From positions 1 through 34,724 of IMG/VR virus record IMGVR_UViG_3300020716_000021: a stretch of DNA of 34,724 nt, one strand, 5' to 3'. A program made the translations under genes and the position numbers. This DNA comes from a virus (lineage: Duplodnaviria > Caudoviricetes). This document shows positions 16,842 through 27,309 of the stretch, piece by piece. The notes beneath the pieces were generated by a model, which had not been told where the DNA came from, searched no databases, and saw nothing but the letters and a program-made list of their open reading frames with translations. The first letter of the stretch is position 1, and the number at the start of each line of letters is the position of its first letter.

Positions 16842-17690
16842 ATGGATTTTTTAAAGAATTTTAACCATGATGAAGTATTTTTCAGAAGCCTCCTAATAGG
16901 ATTAATTTCTGAATTAAATAATAGAATAACATACCCTCAAGTTGGAAATGATAATATGATAAGGGAAATTTTTATCCCCTTCTTACCTACATTGACGGGA
17001 GACGAGCCATTTTTACAGGATAATTTTTTGGATTATGGGGATTGTGATGGTAATCCTGCATTTGCAGAGGGTAACTATGATGTAACGCCTAGGGCTATAG
17101 TAGAGGTTGGGGATTGTCAAATAGTAACTACTTCATCCACTAATAAATATGTTAGAGCTACTTATGTAAAAAGAGTACCAAATCCTAATGGTGATGGTAG
17201 TGCAGAAATGCAAACTTACTCTTCTTACCTAGCTCCAATACCGCTTAGCCAGAGTTTTAATATTAAGATTAAGGTTGATACCGAATTAGAAGCATTTAAA
17301 ATACAGGCAAGAGTTATAGAGGTTCTTTTTAAGAATTTCGTTTTCTTTTTCGAATATAATGGTTTTAGAATACCATGTCAAGCTACTATGCCTGTAACGA
17401 CAGGTGAAAGACCAAAGCTATTTAATTATTCCTACGGAACAGACAAGCAAGGGGTTTTTATATCATTTAGTATTGCAGTCGAAACATATCTTCCACAGCT
17501 TGATCTAAGTACAGAAAGATTTAGAGGTAACTTAATGCAGGGTGGAATTAAATTAAGAACGTCTATAGGTGATACAATTACTAATCCTGATGGATCACAA
17601 ATTATACACGGAATAGACGTTTTTAATACTACTGTAGTAAATTATGGGCCTAGTGCACCTCCAGACCCAGGACAAATTGAAGTTACTTAA
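16842..17690 (+). CDS. tail sheath stabilizer/terminator (T4 gp15-like)
   Basis: FRSLLIGL..LNN, PR, P.PL..SFNIKI, ETYLP pattern; position in the neck module. Confidence 0.7.
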   Translation: MDFLKNFNHDEVFFRSLLIGLISELNNRITYPQVGNDNMIREIFIPFLPTLTGDEPFLQDNFLDYGDCDGNPAFAEGNYDVTPRAIVEVGDCQIVTTSSTNKYVRATYVKRVPNPNGDGSAEMQTYSSYLAPIPLSQSFNIKIKVDTELEAFKIQARVIEVLFKNFVFFFEYNGFRIPCQATMPVTTGERPKLFNYSYGTDKQGVFISFSIAVETYLPQLDLSTERFRGNLMQGGIKLRTSIGDTITNPDGSQIIHGIDVFNTTVVNYGPSAPPDPGQIEVT

Positions 17691-18019
17691 GAATTTAATG
17701 GACCTGCAGATGGGTCAGGATCTGGTCTAGCGTCATCATCATCTTTCTTGGGGGTAACAGCTGTATCACTTAATGTTGCAATTGGTAAATCTGTTTGTTC
17801 TTTAGATTTTCTATATCCTAAAAGACCAGCTCCAATAACTGCATAAGCTACTGATTGGTTAATTAAGTCATTTTGTTTTGAAACTGCACCCCAAAGAAAT
17901 CCAATTGCACTAGCAGTACAAATCAAACCTCCCATACATCCACTCATGGAAGTTTTCCCATTTGCGTTAGAAGTCATTTGTGCAAAACTGAATTTGTTAA
18001 TCATTTCTTTGAGATCCAT
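17687..18019 (-). CDS. small two-TM membrane protein (holin-like)
   Basis: Two hydrophobic helices, GKTS motif, LLGYRK and charged tail. Confidence 0.6.
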   Translation of the reverse strand: MDLKEMINKFSFAQMTSNANGKTSMSGCMGGLICTASAIGFLWGAVSKQNDLINQSVAYAVIGAGLLGYRKSKEQTDLPIATLSDTAVTPKKDDDDARPDPDPSAGPLNS

Positions 18020-18068
18020 ATAAGTTCTATTATTTCACCGATATATATCTATATAATATAGTTTATAG

Positions 18069-20297
18069 ATGGATTATTCTGGATATTTAGGGTCTCCAAG
18101 TTCTATTTCTATAGGGTCTCCAAGTTCCCCAGGAAATCTTATAGATTTTACTACAGTTGGAAATTATCGTACTATTACTTATTCTAAACCATTCACAAAT
18201 GTAATAAGTATAAATGGGTATATTGCGGACACTCAAAACGAAGTACCTAATTATGTTTTCCTTTATTACGAGTATCGTTGGAGCATAAATGGGGACAACT
18301 GGTCTTTGTGGGTTGAATTAACAGATCCTAATCTTAATTTAATCCCATTAAATCCAGATAACCCCTTCTATTTAGAATTTAGGATCACTGCTGTATCTAA
18401 TAATACTAGTCCAAGTATGAGCCCCGTATTATCGATAGGAAGTACAATCAATCCACCAATAATATTAAATGACCTAGAGCCAGATTTAACATATAGAGTA
18501 GTGGATCAAAGAGATTTTGCAACTAAGCCAGCTATAATTTGTTCTAATCAAAAATATGATAAACCTATTATTTTTAATGCCAGTTGTACTAATATTTTTG
18601 ATCCTTATGCAGTAAATAGGGGTATAAATATAGAACAAGATCTTAGTTTGGCTGTTAATAATCTATTTGGTCATATGATTAATTATTATTCAGTTCAACC
18701 AAATGGTAGGGGTAGAGATATTATATTAAGGGAATACAATCTATTTGATGTAGTAGATGAAAAATGTTTAAAAGTATTAGTTAATAAGAATGAATTTGGT
18801 GACGGAAAACCTGTATACGACAGTTTTGGTATAATGTTTGAAGAAGCTGGAATACTGGAAGCCCATATAGATAAGAGGTATTTCGAAAGCTTCTTTGGTA
18901 AAGGTGCACAACCTAGAAAAAGGGATATAATTTATTTTCCTCTAACAAATAGAATTTATACCATAGAATCAACTTATCTACATAGAGGTTTTGATTATTA
19001 TCCAATTTATTTCAAATGTAGATTGGTTAAGTATGAGAAAAGGCAAGATACAAGTTGGAATGATCCAGCAAAAGAAGCAGAATTACACGATTATACAGTT
19101 AGTGCAGAGGCTCTTTTCGGGGAGGAAACGCAGGACCAAATAGAAAAAAATACAAAACCACAACAATATTATGTTTCTACTCAGAAAAGGGACCAAGATC
19201 CTGTAAGAAGTTATATGAGTGTTAATTTACCTATAATAGATTATGATTTAAATAATAACTGGACTATTGTATTTAATTCTTATTATGATTTAGAAACTTT
19301 AAATTATGATAATGAAAGCGAAGCAGTTAGATATACTTCTTCCCCTTCTTTAACAAATACAGATGAATTAAGTTTTACTTGTTGGATTAAGATTAGAAAT
19401 TTTATAGACCAAACAAAATTAGTTCCTAGACCACCTAGGATATTACCAATATCCGGAGTAACCCAAGCATCTGGTACTGCAACATACTCTACCGCCCCTT
19501 CAAAACACCTTTTAACAGCAGGAGGATATGTTTCTATCTTAGGTGGAAGTAAAACTGGAGGTTACAAAATATTAAGTATAGATAATACAGGAACTCAGTT
19601 TACTATTTTTGATGATGGAACGTCCATAAATTCTTTTACTGGTTGGCAAATGCAAAAAGCAGATTCTAGACCTTTAATAAATGGATATAATGGATCTACT
19701 GGTATTAGTATAGAAATGATATACACAGGAACTAATACTATTAGTTCTGACCCTATTACAGTTAGCCCCACCCAAATAATACCCAATTATTTAGAAGCTG
19801 GCTCGTTTAGGATATTACTAAATAGCAAGGAAATTTTATCACCATTTGGTTCATCTATTAATAATCCTTCGAGTAATTTTATACCTGCGCTAGACGAATG
19901 GTATGGTTTTGTATTCAATCTATCTAATATATTTAACCAATATTCTATAAATGTATGGGGATTAACTTACAATCCTACTAATCCAAGCGTTCAAACATCT
20001 AATTTAATTCTTCTACATACAAAAGAAGATTTCTTAAGTATACCATATACATTTAGTTTTCCTGTTGATTTAGAAACAGATCTAAATAATCCTACTTGGA
20101 ATACGGATAGAAACGCATATAAGATAATGACTAGTCCAATATATCTGACAAATATAAGGATCTTTAAAAATATGATAGCTCAGGAAAAGCAATCTACAGT
20201 ACTAAACCAGAATATTATAGAAGATTCTCAATTGAGTATTATAATAGATAATGCTAAACCAGCTCTTTCCCTACCTCAATTTGTAAAGAATAGATAA
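18069..20297 (+). CDS. neck/head-closure protein (T4 gp14-like core) with extra beta-rich domains
   Basis: FGH...YY..D.IL.EY, FG..F, P..RDIIYFPLTNRIY core; context. Confidence 0.6.
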   Translation: MDYSGYLGSPSSISIGSPSSPGNLIDFTTVGNYRTITYSKPFTNVISINGYIADTQNEVPNYVFLYYEYRWSINGDNWSLWVELTDPNLNLIPLNPDNPFYLEFRITAVSNNTSPSMSPVLSIGSTINPPIILNDLEPDLTYRVVDQRDFATKPAIICSNQKYDKPIIFNASCTNIFDPYAVNRGINIEQDLSLAVNNLFGHMINYYSVQPNGRGRDIILREYNLFDVVDEKCLKVLVNKNEFGDGKPVYDSFGIMFEEAGILEAHIDKRYFESFFGKGAQPRKRDIIYFPLTNRIYTIESTYLHRGFDYYPIYFKCRLVKYEKRQDTSWNDPAKEAELHDYTVSAEALFGEETQDQIEKNTKPQQYYVSTQKRDQDPVRSYMSVNLPIIDYDLNNNWTIVFNSYYDLETLNYDNESEAVRYTSSPSLTNTDELSFTCWIKIRNFIDQTKLVPRPPRILPISGVTQASGTATYSTAPSKHLLTAGGYVSILGGSKTGGYKILSIDNTGTQFTIFDDGTSINSFTGWQMQKADSRPLINGYNGSTGISIEMIYTGTNTISSDPITVSPTQIIPNYLEAGSFRILLNSKEILSPFGSSINNPSSNFIPALDEWYGFVFNLSNIFNQYSINVWGLTYNPTNPSVQTSNLILLHTKEDFLSIPYTFSFPVDLETDLNNPTWNTDRNAYKIMTSPIYLTNIRIFKNMIAQEKQSTVLNQNIIEDSQLSIIIDNAKPALSLPQFVKNR

Positions 20298-20298
20298 T

Positions 20299-20688
20299 AT
20301 GAAACATATAAAACTATATGAAGAATTAAGTTTGTGGACCAAAACCCTATTCGGGCTAAAAACCTATTTTTCCTTTATATCAACTAGGTACTATTTTGAT
20401 ACAATGCCGGAACTAAAAAAATTAATAATGGATAATCTACGAGGTGTAATAATAGAGGAAATTAAATCCACCAATCCATATGAATTAATATTCACTTGCG
20501 CCGATAAACATACAATTAGAAAAATATATTCATTATTTCCAATAATAGACGTAGAAATAAATTACTCCCAGAACACAAATACAAAAATTCTAATGAGTAT
20601 TTGGGACCCTATTGAAAAATATCAAATTGGTTCAGCTAAAAATATATGGTATATGGGAAGTATTAATAAATTATATAGAATAAGTTAA
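20299..20688 (+). CDS. hypothetical protein; candidate internal virion protein
   Basis: MKHIKLYEE leader. Confidence 0.65.
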   Translation: MKHIKLYEELSLWTKTLFGLKTYFSFISTRYYFDTMPELKKLIMDNLRGVIIEEIKSTNPYELIFTCADKHTIRKIYSLFPIIDVEINYSQNTNTKILMSIWDPIEKYQIGSAKNIWYMGSINKLYRIS

Positions 20689-20692
20689 TTTT

Positions 20693-21472
20693 ATGCCAAG
20701 AAGAAAACCAAAACAACAGGTCTCGAAAGAGCAGGAACTTAAGATTAAAAAGCAATTGGATGAAATTCTATTAGCAGATGAGATGCTATCTGGATTATCA
20801 ACCCCGGATATTCCTCCAATTAAACCAGTCAGGATGATGAATTTTGATGCTGCTAGAGTAGAAGTAGAATCTGAAGCCAAAAGTTTATTAGGATCCCTTT
20901 TGAAATTTTATTTAGATGACAATCTAATAAAACAGGATGATTTTGCTCATTATAAATCTAAAATAGATGTACTTAGCATATCTACTATGGCATTTGCTAT
21001 TAGATCTGCCCAACATAGCATTACTAAATTAATGGATGAAATAGATGCTGGTGGTGGAGGTCAATATATGGCTAGGAATTATGAGGTATTAGCACAATTG
21101 CAGGGACAACTATTTTCCATGCCAGAAAAATTCCAAAAGTATATTGCCGAAATGGAAAAGTCATATAAAAATCACGCGGAGGAGAAAAAGAAAAGGGATG
21201 CTACTGGTGATGCTATTTTATTAAATAATACGGACGAAGAAGGAGTATCTGGAATATATTCTGGAGGTAATGTAAAAATTAGGGGGAACAAAGCCCTTAT
21301 GGAAAATATACAAAATTCAATAAAAAACAAATCGGAATACAAGCAAGGTGAAATTGTGACGGATAATAATGAATTAGTGGATCCTAGAAATAAGGATTTA
21401 GTAACACCGGAGCAATTTAATATCAAGGATGAAGATGATCCTGGATTTGATATGGACCAAGAGTTATTCTAA
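20693..21472 (+). CDS. putative terminase small subunit
   Basis: Helical protein directly upstream of terL; ARNYEVLAQL resembles the gp16 PRxYEV motif. Confidence 0.55.
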   Translation: MPRRKPKQQVSKEQELKIKKQLDEILLADEMLSGLSTPDIPPIKPVRMMNFDAARVEVESEAKSLLGSLLKFYLDDNLIKQDDFAHYKSKIDVLSISTMAFAIRSAQHSITKLMDEIDAGGGGQYMARNYEVLAQLQGQLFSMPEKFQKYIAEMEKSYKNHAEEKKKRDATGDAILLNNTDEEGVSGIYSGGNVKIRGNKALMENIQNSIKNKSEYKQGEIVTDNNELVDPRNKDLVTPEQFNIKDEDDPGFDMDQELF

Positions 21473-21478
21473 ATCATT

Positions 21479-23296
21479 ATGGCAACAGAAACATTAGTAC
21501 AAGAAAAAACAAGTAATTACTGGACAACCGCAAAGGTTAACAGTATAATGAAGAGAGCAGACGAGGAAGGCCTAGATTTTAAATCTATGGATAATCCCTT
21601 CCATGAAAATGATCCGGAATTAAAAAAAGGTCAGGTTCTTTTTGAATTAACGGGGTGGGAAAGAATGGAAATGGATAAATGCGCAAATGATGTAATATAT
21701 TTTGCTAATAACTATTGCCATGTAATGACAGATGATGGTATTATTCAGGTTACATTAAGGGATTATCAAGAACAAATTTTAAGACAATATCAAAATAATA
21801 GATTTAATATCTTTCTAAGCCCTAGGCAGAGTGGTAAAACTATTACGTCCTCCATCTTCCTTTTGTGGTATTTACTATTTAACTCCGAAAAAAATGCGAT
21901 GATCCTTGCAAATATTGGAGATACATCGGCTGAATTGATGGATAAAATCAAAACTATCATGAAGAAATTACCATTCTTCATGAAACCTGGAATTAGTGTA
22001 TATAATGTGATGACAATGAAATTTGATAATGGATGTAGGGTAATGGCAAAGACTACTACTAAATCATCATCTATCGGTTTTACTGTTCACTTTTTATATA
22101 TGGATGAGTTTGCCCATATTAATCCAAATTTTATAGGATCTTTCTTTAAATCAGTATTCCCTACTGTGGCCGCTTCTCTGATATCCAGAATTATTATAAC
22201 ATCAACCCCTAATGGAACAAATAAATTCTATGACATTTATACGGATGCCCTTGCGGGAAAGAATAGCTTTAATCCAATTAGAGTAGATTGGTGGCAGGTA
22301 CCTGGAAGAGATGAAGCATGGAAAATAAAAGAAATAGCTAATCTTGGATCAGAGGAAGACTTTAATCAGGAATATGGTAATCAATTTTTAAGCTCTTCCA
22401 GACTTTTATTAGATTCTTTTACTTTAAAAAGGTTAAAAAAGACAGAGGTTAATTTTGTACATCGGGGATTAATGCCATTTGCCAATACAACAATAAATTA
22501 CGATGAACTAAAATGGCATCCGCTATTTGATCCAACATCACTATGGGAAAGTGATGAGGAGAAAAGATTTGTGGTAGCAGTAGATACTTCTGCGGGTGTT
22601 GGTGGTGATTATACAGTAGCAAATATATTAAAAGTTTCTCCTTTACCATTAAATTTAATACAGGATAAGAAATTTTACGAGGATGAATCAGATTTTTTCT
22701 GTCTGCTACAAGTTGGTATGTTTAGATCTAATACCATGTCACCAGAGGAATTTAAGCCTTTTATGGAAGTTTTGACAACTCAGGTCTTAAATCCAGAAAC
22801 TGTTAAAATAGCAGTAGAAGTCGATTTTAAAGGGGAACAGCTTATAGAAAAGCTTTTAAACGGGGATAAAGTATTCGATGAAATGTTTGTTTTTACTAAA
22901 CACTATGAAAGTTCAAAACAAATGAAAACTGGTATAAAAATGACCCCGGCAACCAAAGAAAGGTGCTGTGAATTATTAAAAGTCAATTGTAGGAGCGGTA
23001 GAATTATACCAACTGATAAAATAGGAATTTTAGAATTGAGTGATTTTGGTGAAAATACCAAGGGTAATTATTCTAGCCAAAGTGGTAAAGATGATATAGC
23101 CATGACATATGTTATTGCCAATTCTGTATTCGATTATACTGATTTTAATCAATTGGTGCAGGAAGTTTATGATACAATTCCACAAAAATTTAGAGATGCT
23201 ATCGATAAAAAGATGGAAGAGATTAATGCAGGAGGTGGTGGAACCTCTAAAGATTACGAAGGGGAAACGTGGAACATATTCAAGGAATATTTTTAG
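21479..23296 (+). CDS. terL: terminase large subunit (T4 gp17-like)
   Basis: LRDYQ, PRQSGKT, YMDEFAH, TSTPNG, FNQEY, VDTSAGVGGD, KDD. Confidence 0.95.
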   Translation: MATETLVQEKTSNYWTTAKVNSIMKRADEEGLDFKSMDNPFHENDPELKKGQVLFELTGWERMEMDKCANDVIYFANNYCHVMTDDGIIQVTLRDYQEQILRQYQNNRFNIFLSPRQSGKTITSSIFLLWYLLFNSEKNAMILANIGDTSAELMDKIKTIMKKLPFFMKPGISVYNVMTMKFDNGCRVMAKTTTKSSSIGFTVHFLYMDEFAHINPNFIGSFFKSVFPTVAASLISRIIITSTPNGTNKFYDIYTDALAGKNSFNPIRVDWWQVPGRDEAWKIKEIANLGSEEDFNQEYGNQFLSSSRLLLDSFTLKRLKKTEVNFVHRGLMPFANTTINYDELKWHPLFDPTSLWESDEEKRFVVAVDTSAGVGGDYTVANILKVSPLPLNLIQDKKFYEDESDFFCLLQVGMFRSNTMSPEEFKPFMEVLTTQVLNPETVKIAVEVDFKGEQLIEKLLNGDKVFDEMFVFTKHYESSKQMKTGIKMTPATKERCCELLKVNCRSGRIIPTDKIGILELSDFGENTKGNYSSQSGKDDIAMTYVIANSVFDYTDFNQLVQEVYDTIPQKFRDAIDKKMEEINAGGGGTSKDYEGETWNIFKEYF

Positions 23297-23379
23297 TAGA
23301 TTTTATTGATATATAGTGTTAGGGGTTTATCCGAGTATGGTCCCCCAGAAATCGGATATATACAAATAAAAATAGGAAA

Positions 23380-26300
23380 ATGGCACAAAAAATAACATTA
23401 GATCTTTCTGTATTCAAAAGTTCAGGGGTATACACCTTGGAGTTCGACGCTTCTCAGAATATAATACTGAACCCGCAGACAATAAGATTGGTTGTTGGAT
23501 ACTCTAACGTTGGACCTTTTAACACTGCAGTGTATCTACCAGATCCACAAACTGCATTGTCGGTCTTTGGTGATATAGATCGTTCTTTAGAAAAGAAAGG
23601 ATCTTTTTTTCATAGGTCAATATTTACTTGTTTAAATACTGGTCCTATTTTTGTCGTAAATCTATTAAGATTAAATGATGCTACTACTGATGCTGGAACT
23701 CCTGATGTTGCAAATGGTGCAGATGTTGCTAGGTATAGGGCATTTTCTGTAGATACTGCACAAATAAATGGACAAAATCCAACATCCGATTATGCAACTG
23801 TAAATACTTACTTATCTAAAGAGGATAAACTTCTTTCTTCCTATTACAATAAGCAAAAATTCTGGTTTCCTGATCCTCTTGCTTTAATTGCTACAATGGA
23901 TACAACTAATGGAGATAGTACTAAATTATTCAGTTTTGTTAACCTTAGCCAAAATCCAGTAAGTGTTATAATAAAAAAATCATTAGATGCTACTATTCCA
24001 ATCAGAGGATTTGATATAAGTGCACAGGAATATTATGGAGCTAATAATGTACCATCTTTTCTACACCCTTATGATTATATTTCGGATTACTTTCTTGATG
24101 TTATTGTAATTAGTGGTAATTGGACAGATTATTCTACTCTTTCATTGGATCCTTTATACTCTACTTATTTTACAAACAAAGGGTTCATAAAGGAACAAAT
24201 AGATAATTTCTTAGCCCTAACTAATGTTAATGTACTTTTATCAGTAACAGGATGCTTTATTCCGGATTTTGTTGATCTTAATGGTATTAACCAGGATATT
24301 AAAGTGTTGGTTAATAATCAAGTTGGGCAAACTGGTATTCTTTGCGCAGTTAATGACCAAGCATTAGATGATCTTGCTACTGGTGATTATAGTTTAATTG
24401 ACCTTGTTGGACACCATCTTATAGATTCTTTAGAAAATAATAATCCAACTGTATCTAATCCTAATATAGATTTTTTGAGCTATAACACCCCATTATTCTC
24501 TGATTTAGTATACAATCAGAATGTTACTTCTCTATTTGATGCAGTATCTCCTGGTAGTACTCTTAATGAGGCAGGAACTTTATTTATATACAGCTCTATT
24601 ACTGGTATAAATACTAGTAGTTTTGCTGCTTATAATCCAGCATCGTTGGATAGTGGATTACCATATCTACAAACTAATGCAACTGGTGGTGGTGCAGCAG
24701 ATTTATTAGCAGCATTACAAACATTCTTAACTTCTACGATAAGTAATCCAGGCCCAACTTATATTCTCGGACAAGCAGGTAATTTAACTGGTAATACAAT
24801 AGCACTTGCATCTTTCAATAGTTATGACTTAGTAAAATTAAAGGTTGAAAGTGTATCAACCGTAGTAGTTGGAGGAAATCCTCAATTGAGAATTAGGTGG
24901 TCCCACCCATTATATACATCCGCAAATCCTTTGGTTGCTCCTTATGCAGATACTAATATAAACTCCACTAGATACCAGTTTGGTTTATCTGATTATTTCA
25001 ATCGCCAAAATCCTTCTTCTGGACATTACCAGTATGTTGGTTATGAATCTTCCTTAATCTATCAAAATTATGAAAGAGGAGTAATAACAAACGGGGCCGT
25101 TATTTATATGGATTGGTTAGGAAATAGTAAACAATATATCGGATTAACCACTTCTGTAGATAGGGATACGTTCTTAACTATAACAATGATTGGTTATAGC
25201 GATGCGGATTTAACCACCCTAGCAGTAATTCCAACCTTAGGAAATACATTTACTACAATGGCTACTGGTGCTAGTGATACTGTTGGTGGAAATCAAATCG
25301 CAGTTATATCATTATCTGGTAATTTAAACCAAGAAATTGGTATAATGTCTTCTATCTCTTCTACACAGATACAATTAAGTAGTGATGTCGCAACTACAAG
25401 TGGTATCGCGGTAGGTAATTTATTAGTATCGACAGATACTGATCTTTTTATACCGTCCCAAAATAGGCTTACAAGGATTACAAAAGTTAATAGGGTTCCT
25501 ACTGGTAGTCCTGGTATTTACACAATATATGTAACAACAGATAGGCCTATTATGTTATTCCCTGGCACACCATTAATGGTAAAGAAATTCATTGCAATTG
25601 AGCAGTTCGTACAAAACTATCAGTTCACATATCTACCAGGATTTAATTTAAAACCTTATCACAAACCAGATGGTAGTGATGCTCAGATAGACAATATATT
25701 AAATGTTCTATACACAACTAACATTGCTACTTCTCTTTCAGATCCTAATATTATTACCTTTAGGTATGTAGTAGATACTTTTGATGGCCAAATTAAAACT
25801 AATTCTAAATACCAGCTTTCTACACTTGCTATGCAGAGGCAGAAATGTTTAGCTATTATAAATGCTCCTTCTATCGCTAAATTTATGGCATCTACTGATC
25901 CTAGATTTACTGATGCTACTACTGCAAGTAATCCAGCACCTTTATTTAATGCTAGCTATGTTGCATCTGGTGGTAACCTATCTCTTAATCCTTCATTTGA
26001 ATTTACACTTCCTGATGAAGATAATGGAGCTAAGTTTGCAGGTACATTTTCTCCATTCTTAACAATTAGGGAGAACAACAAAAATATAAATATACCTCCT
26101 GCAGCTCATGTAAGTAACAATTTCATTAGAAAATTTGTGACTGGTGAACCTTATGCAATCGTAGCAGGACAGAAAAGGGGTATTATATCTGGATCTAATG
26201 TTGTTGGTCTAGAGTATGATTTCACCCAAACTGATAGGGATTATCTTGAACCGTTTGGTATTAATCCTATTATCAGAAGGAGAGGTATAGGTATAGTAAT

Positions 26301-26679
26301 TTATGGTAACCAAACAAACTATCAAAGAACTAATAGTGCATTCAATAACTTGCATGTTAGAGACCTATTGATCACCCTTGAAACTAATATCGAAAGTATA
26401 CTATCAAATTATGTGTTTGATTTTAATGAAGATTCAGTTAGGCTAGAAATTAAGACCCTCGTAGATAACTTCTTAAGTGGAGTAGAAAATGTAGGTGGTA
26501 TCTATAACTACCTAACAATTATGGATTCTTCTAACAATACCCCTGCAATTATCGACCAAAACTTGGGTATTATAGATGTTATCATTGAACCTGCAAGGGG
26601 GATACAGAAATTTATCAACAGAGTAACAGTAACAAGAACTGGTGGTATTAATTCTGGTGGATTCATACAGTTTGGGTAA
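23380..26679 (+). CDS. contractile tail sheath protein (gp18-like), large
   Basis: SSGVYTLE, GPFN, PPAAHV, AG..RG, INPI, GNQT, LHVRDLL motifs. Confidence 0.92.
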   Translation: MAQKITLDLSVFKSSGVYTLEFDASQNIILNPQTIRLVVGYSNVGPFNTAVYLPDPQTALSVFGDIDRSLEKKGSFFHRSIFTCLNTGPIFVVNLLRLNDATTDAGTPDVANGADVARYRAFSVDTAQINGQNPTSDYATVNTYLSKEDKLLSSYYNKQKFWFPDPLALIATMDTTNGDSTKLFSFVNLSQNPVSVIIKKSLDATIPIRGFDISAQEYYGANNVPSFLHPYDYISDYFLDVIVISGNWTDYSTLSLDPLYSTYFTNKGFIKEQIDNFLALTNVNVLLSVTGCFIPDFVDLNGINQDIKVLVNNQVGQTGILCAVNDQALDDLATGDYSLIDLVGHHLIDSLENNNPTVSNPNIDFLSYNTPLFSDLVYNQNVTSLFDAVSPGSTLNEAGTLFIYSSITGINTSSFAAYNPASLDSGLPYLQTNATGGGAADLLAALQTFLTSTISNPGPTYILGQAGNLTGNTIALASFNSYDLVKLKVESVSTVVVGGNPQLRIRWSHPLYTSANPLVAPYADTNINSTRYQFGLSDYFNRQNPSSGHYQYVGYESSLIYQNYERGVITNGAVIYMDWLGNSKQYIGLTTSVDRDTFLTITMIGYSDADLTTLAVIPTLGNTFTTMATGASDTVGGNQIAVISLSGNLNQEIGIMSSISSTQIQLSSDVATTSGIAVGNLLVSTDTDLFIPSQNRLTRITKVNRVPTGSPGIYTIYVTTDRPIMLFPGTPLMVKKFIAIEQFVQNYQFTYLPGFNLKPYHKPDGSDAQIDNILNVLYTTNIATSLSDPNIITFRYVVDTFDGQIKTNSKYQLSTLAMQRQKCLAIINAPSIAKFMASTDPRFTDATTASNPAPLFNASYVASGGNLSLNPSFEFTLPDEDNGAKFAGTFSPFLTIRENNKNINIPPAAHVSNNFIRKFVTGEPYAIVAGQKRGIISGSNVVGLEYDFTQTDRDYLEPFGINPIIRRRGIGIVIYGNQTNYQRTNSAFNNLHVRDLLITLETNIESILSNYVFDFNEDSVRLEIKTLVDNFLSGVENVGGIYNYLTIMDSSNNTPAIIDQNLGIIDVIIEPARGIQKFINRVTVTRTGGINSGGFIQFG

Positions 26680-26717
26680 TTTTATTGAATAACCAATGGG
26701 TGAATATATAATAACAA

Positions 26718-27296
26718 ATGGCAGGACTATCACATTATTCAACATCAAAGGCTTCTACTTTAAAGTATGAACCTATATTCTTAAACCAGTTCGAGGTTCT
26801 TATAACACCTCCGGCTGCTATACCGGTTCCAGCTGGTAATCCAGGTAATGGTAATATCATGCTGGAACAGGTTATTAGTCTCTCTGGCTTGGGTGTAGAT
26901 AAAAACCCTGGTGAAGTAACGCAGAAGTACAAGAATGCTAAAAGGTACTACTCTGGAGCTGCACCGACTAATACATTTATAGATTTAGAAATTGAATTTG
27001 AAATAAACTTGGATATTAATAATTCCATGTATGCTTTTAAGGTTCTTAGGCAATGGTCAGATTTAATATACAATCCACTAACAGGTGGTATGGGCCTTAA
27101 GAAAGACTATACTGGTACTATTGTAATTAAGGCTTTTAATAAAGCAGGTGATGTATTTAGACAAATCACTTGTAAGGATGCTTTCCCAATGCTAGCCATT
27201 AAAGAAATGGATTTGAATTATATAAATGGCGCTACAAACATTTATAAGATAAGGATGAAATGGGCAGTAGATTATTGGGACGATATTTGGGTTTAA
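26718..27296 (+). CDS. tail tube protein (gp19-like) 1
   Basis: NQFEV, RQWSDL, Y.GT, FP..I..MDLNY; follows the sheath gene. Confidence 0.85.
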   Translation: MAGLSHYSTSKASTLKYEPIFLNQFEVLITPPAAIPVPAGNPGNGNIMLEQVISLSGLGVDKNPGEVTQKYKNAKRYYSGAAPTNTFIDLEIEFEINLDINNSMYAFKVLRQWSDLIYNPLTGGMGLKKDYTGTIVIKAFNKAGDVFRQITCKDAFPMLAIKEMDLNYINGATNIYKIRMKWAVDYWDDIWV

Positions 27297-27309
27297 ATAA
27301 AATAAAAAA

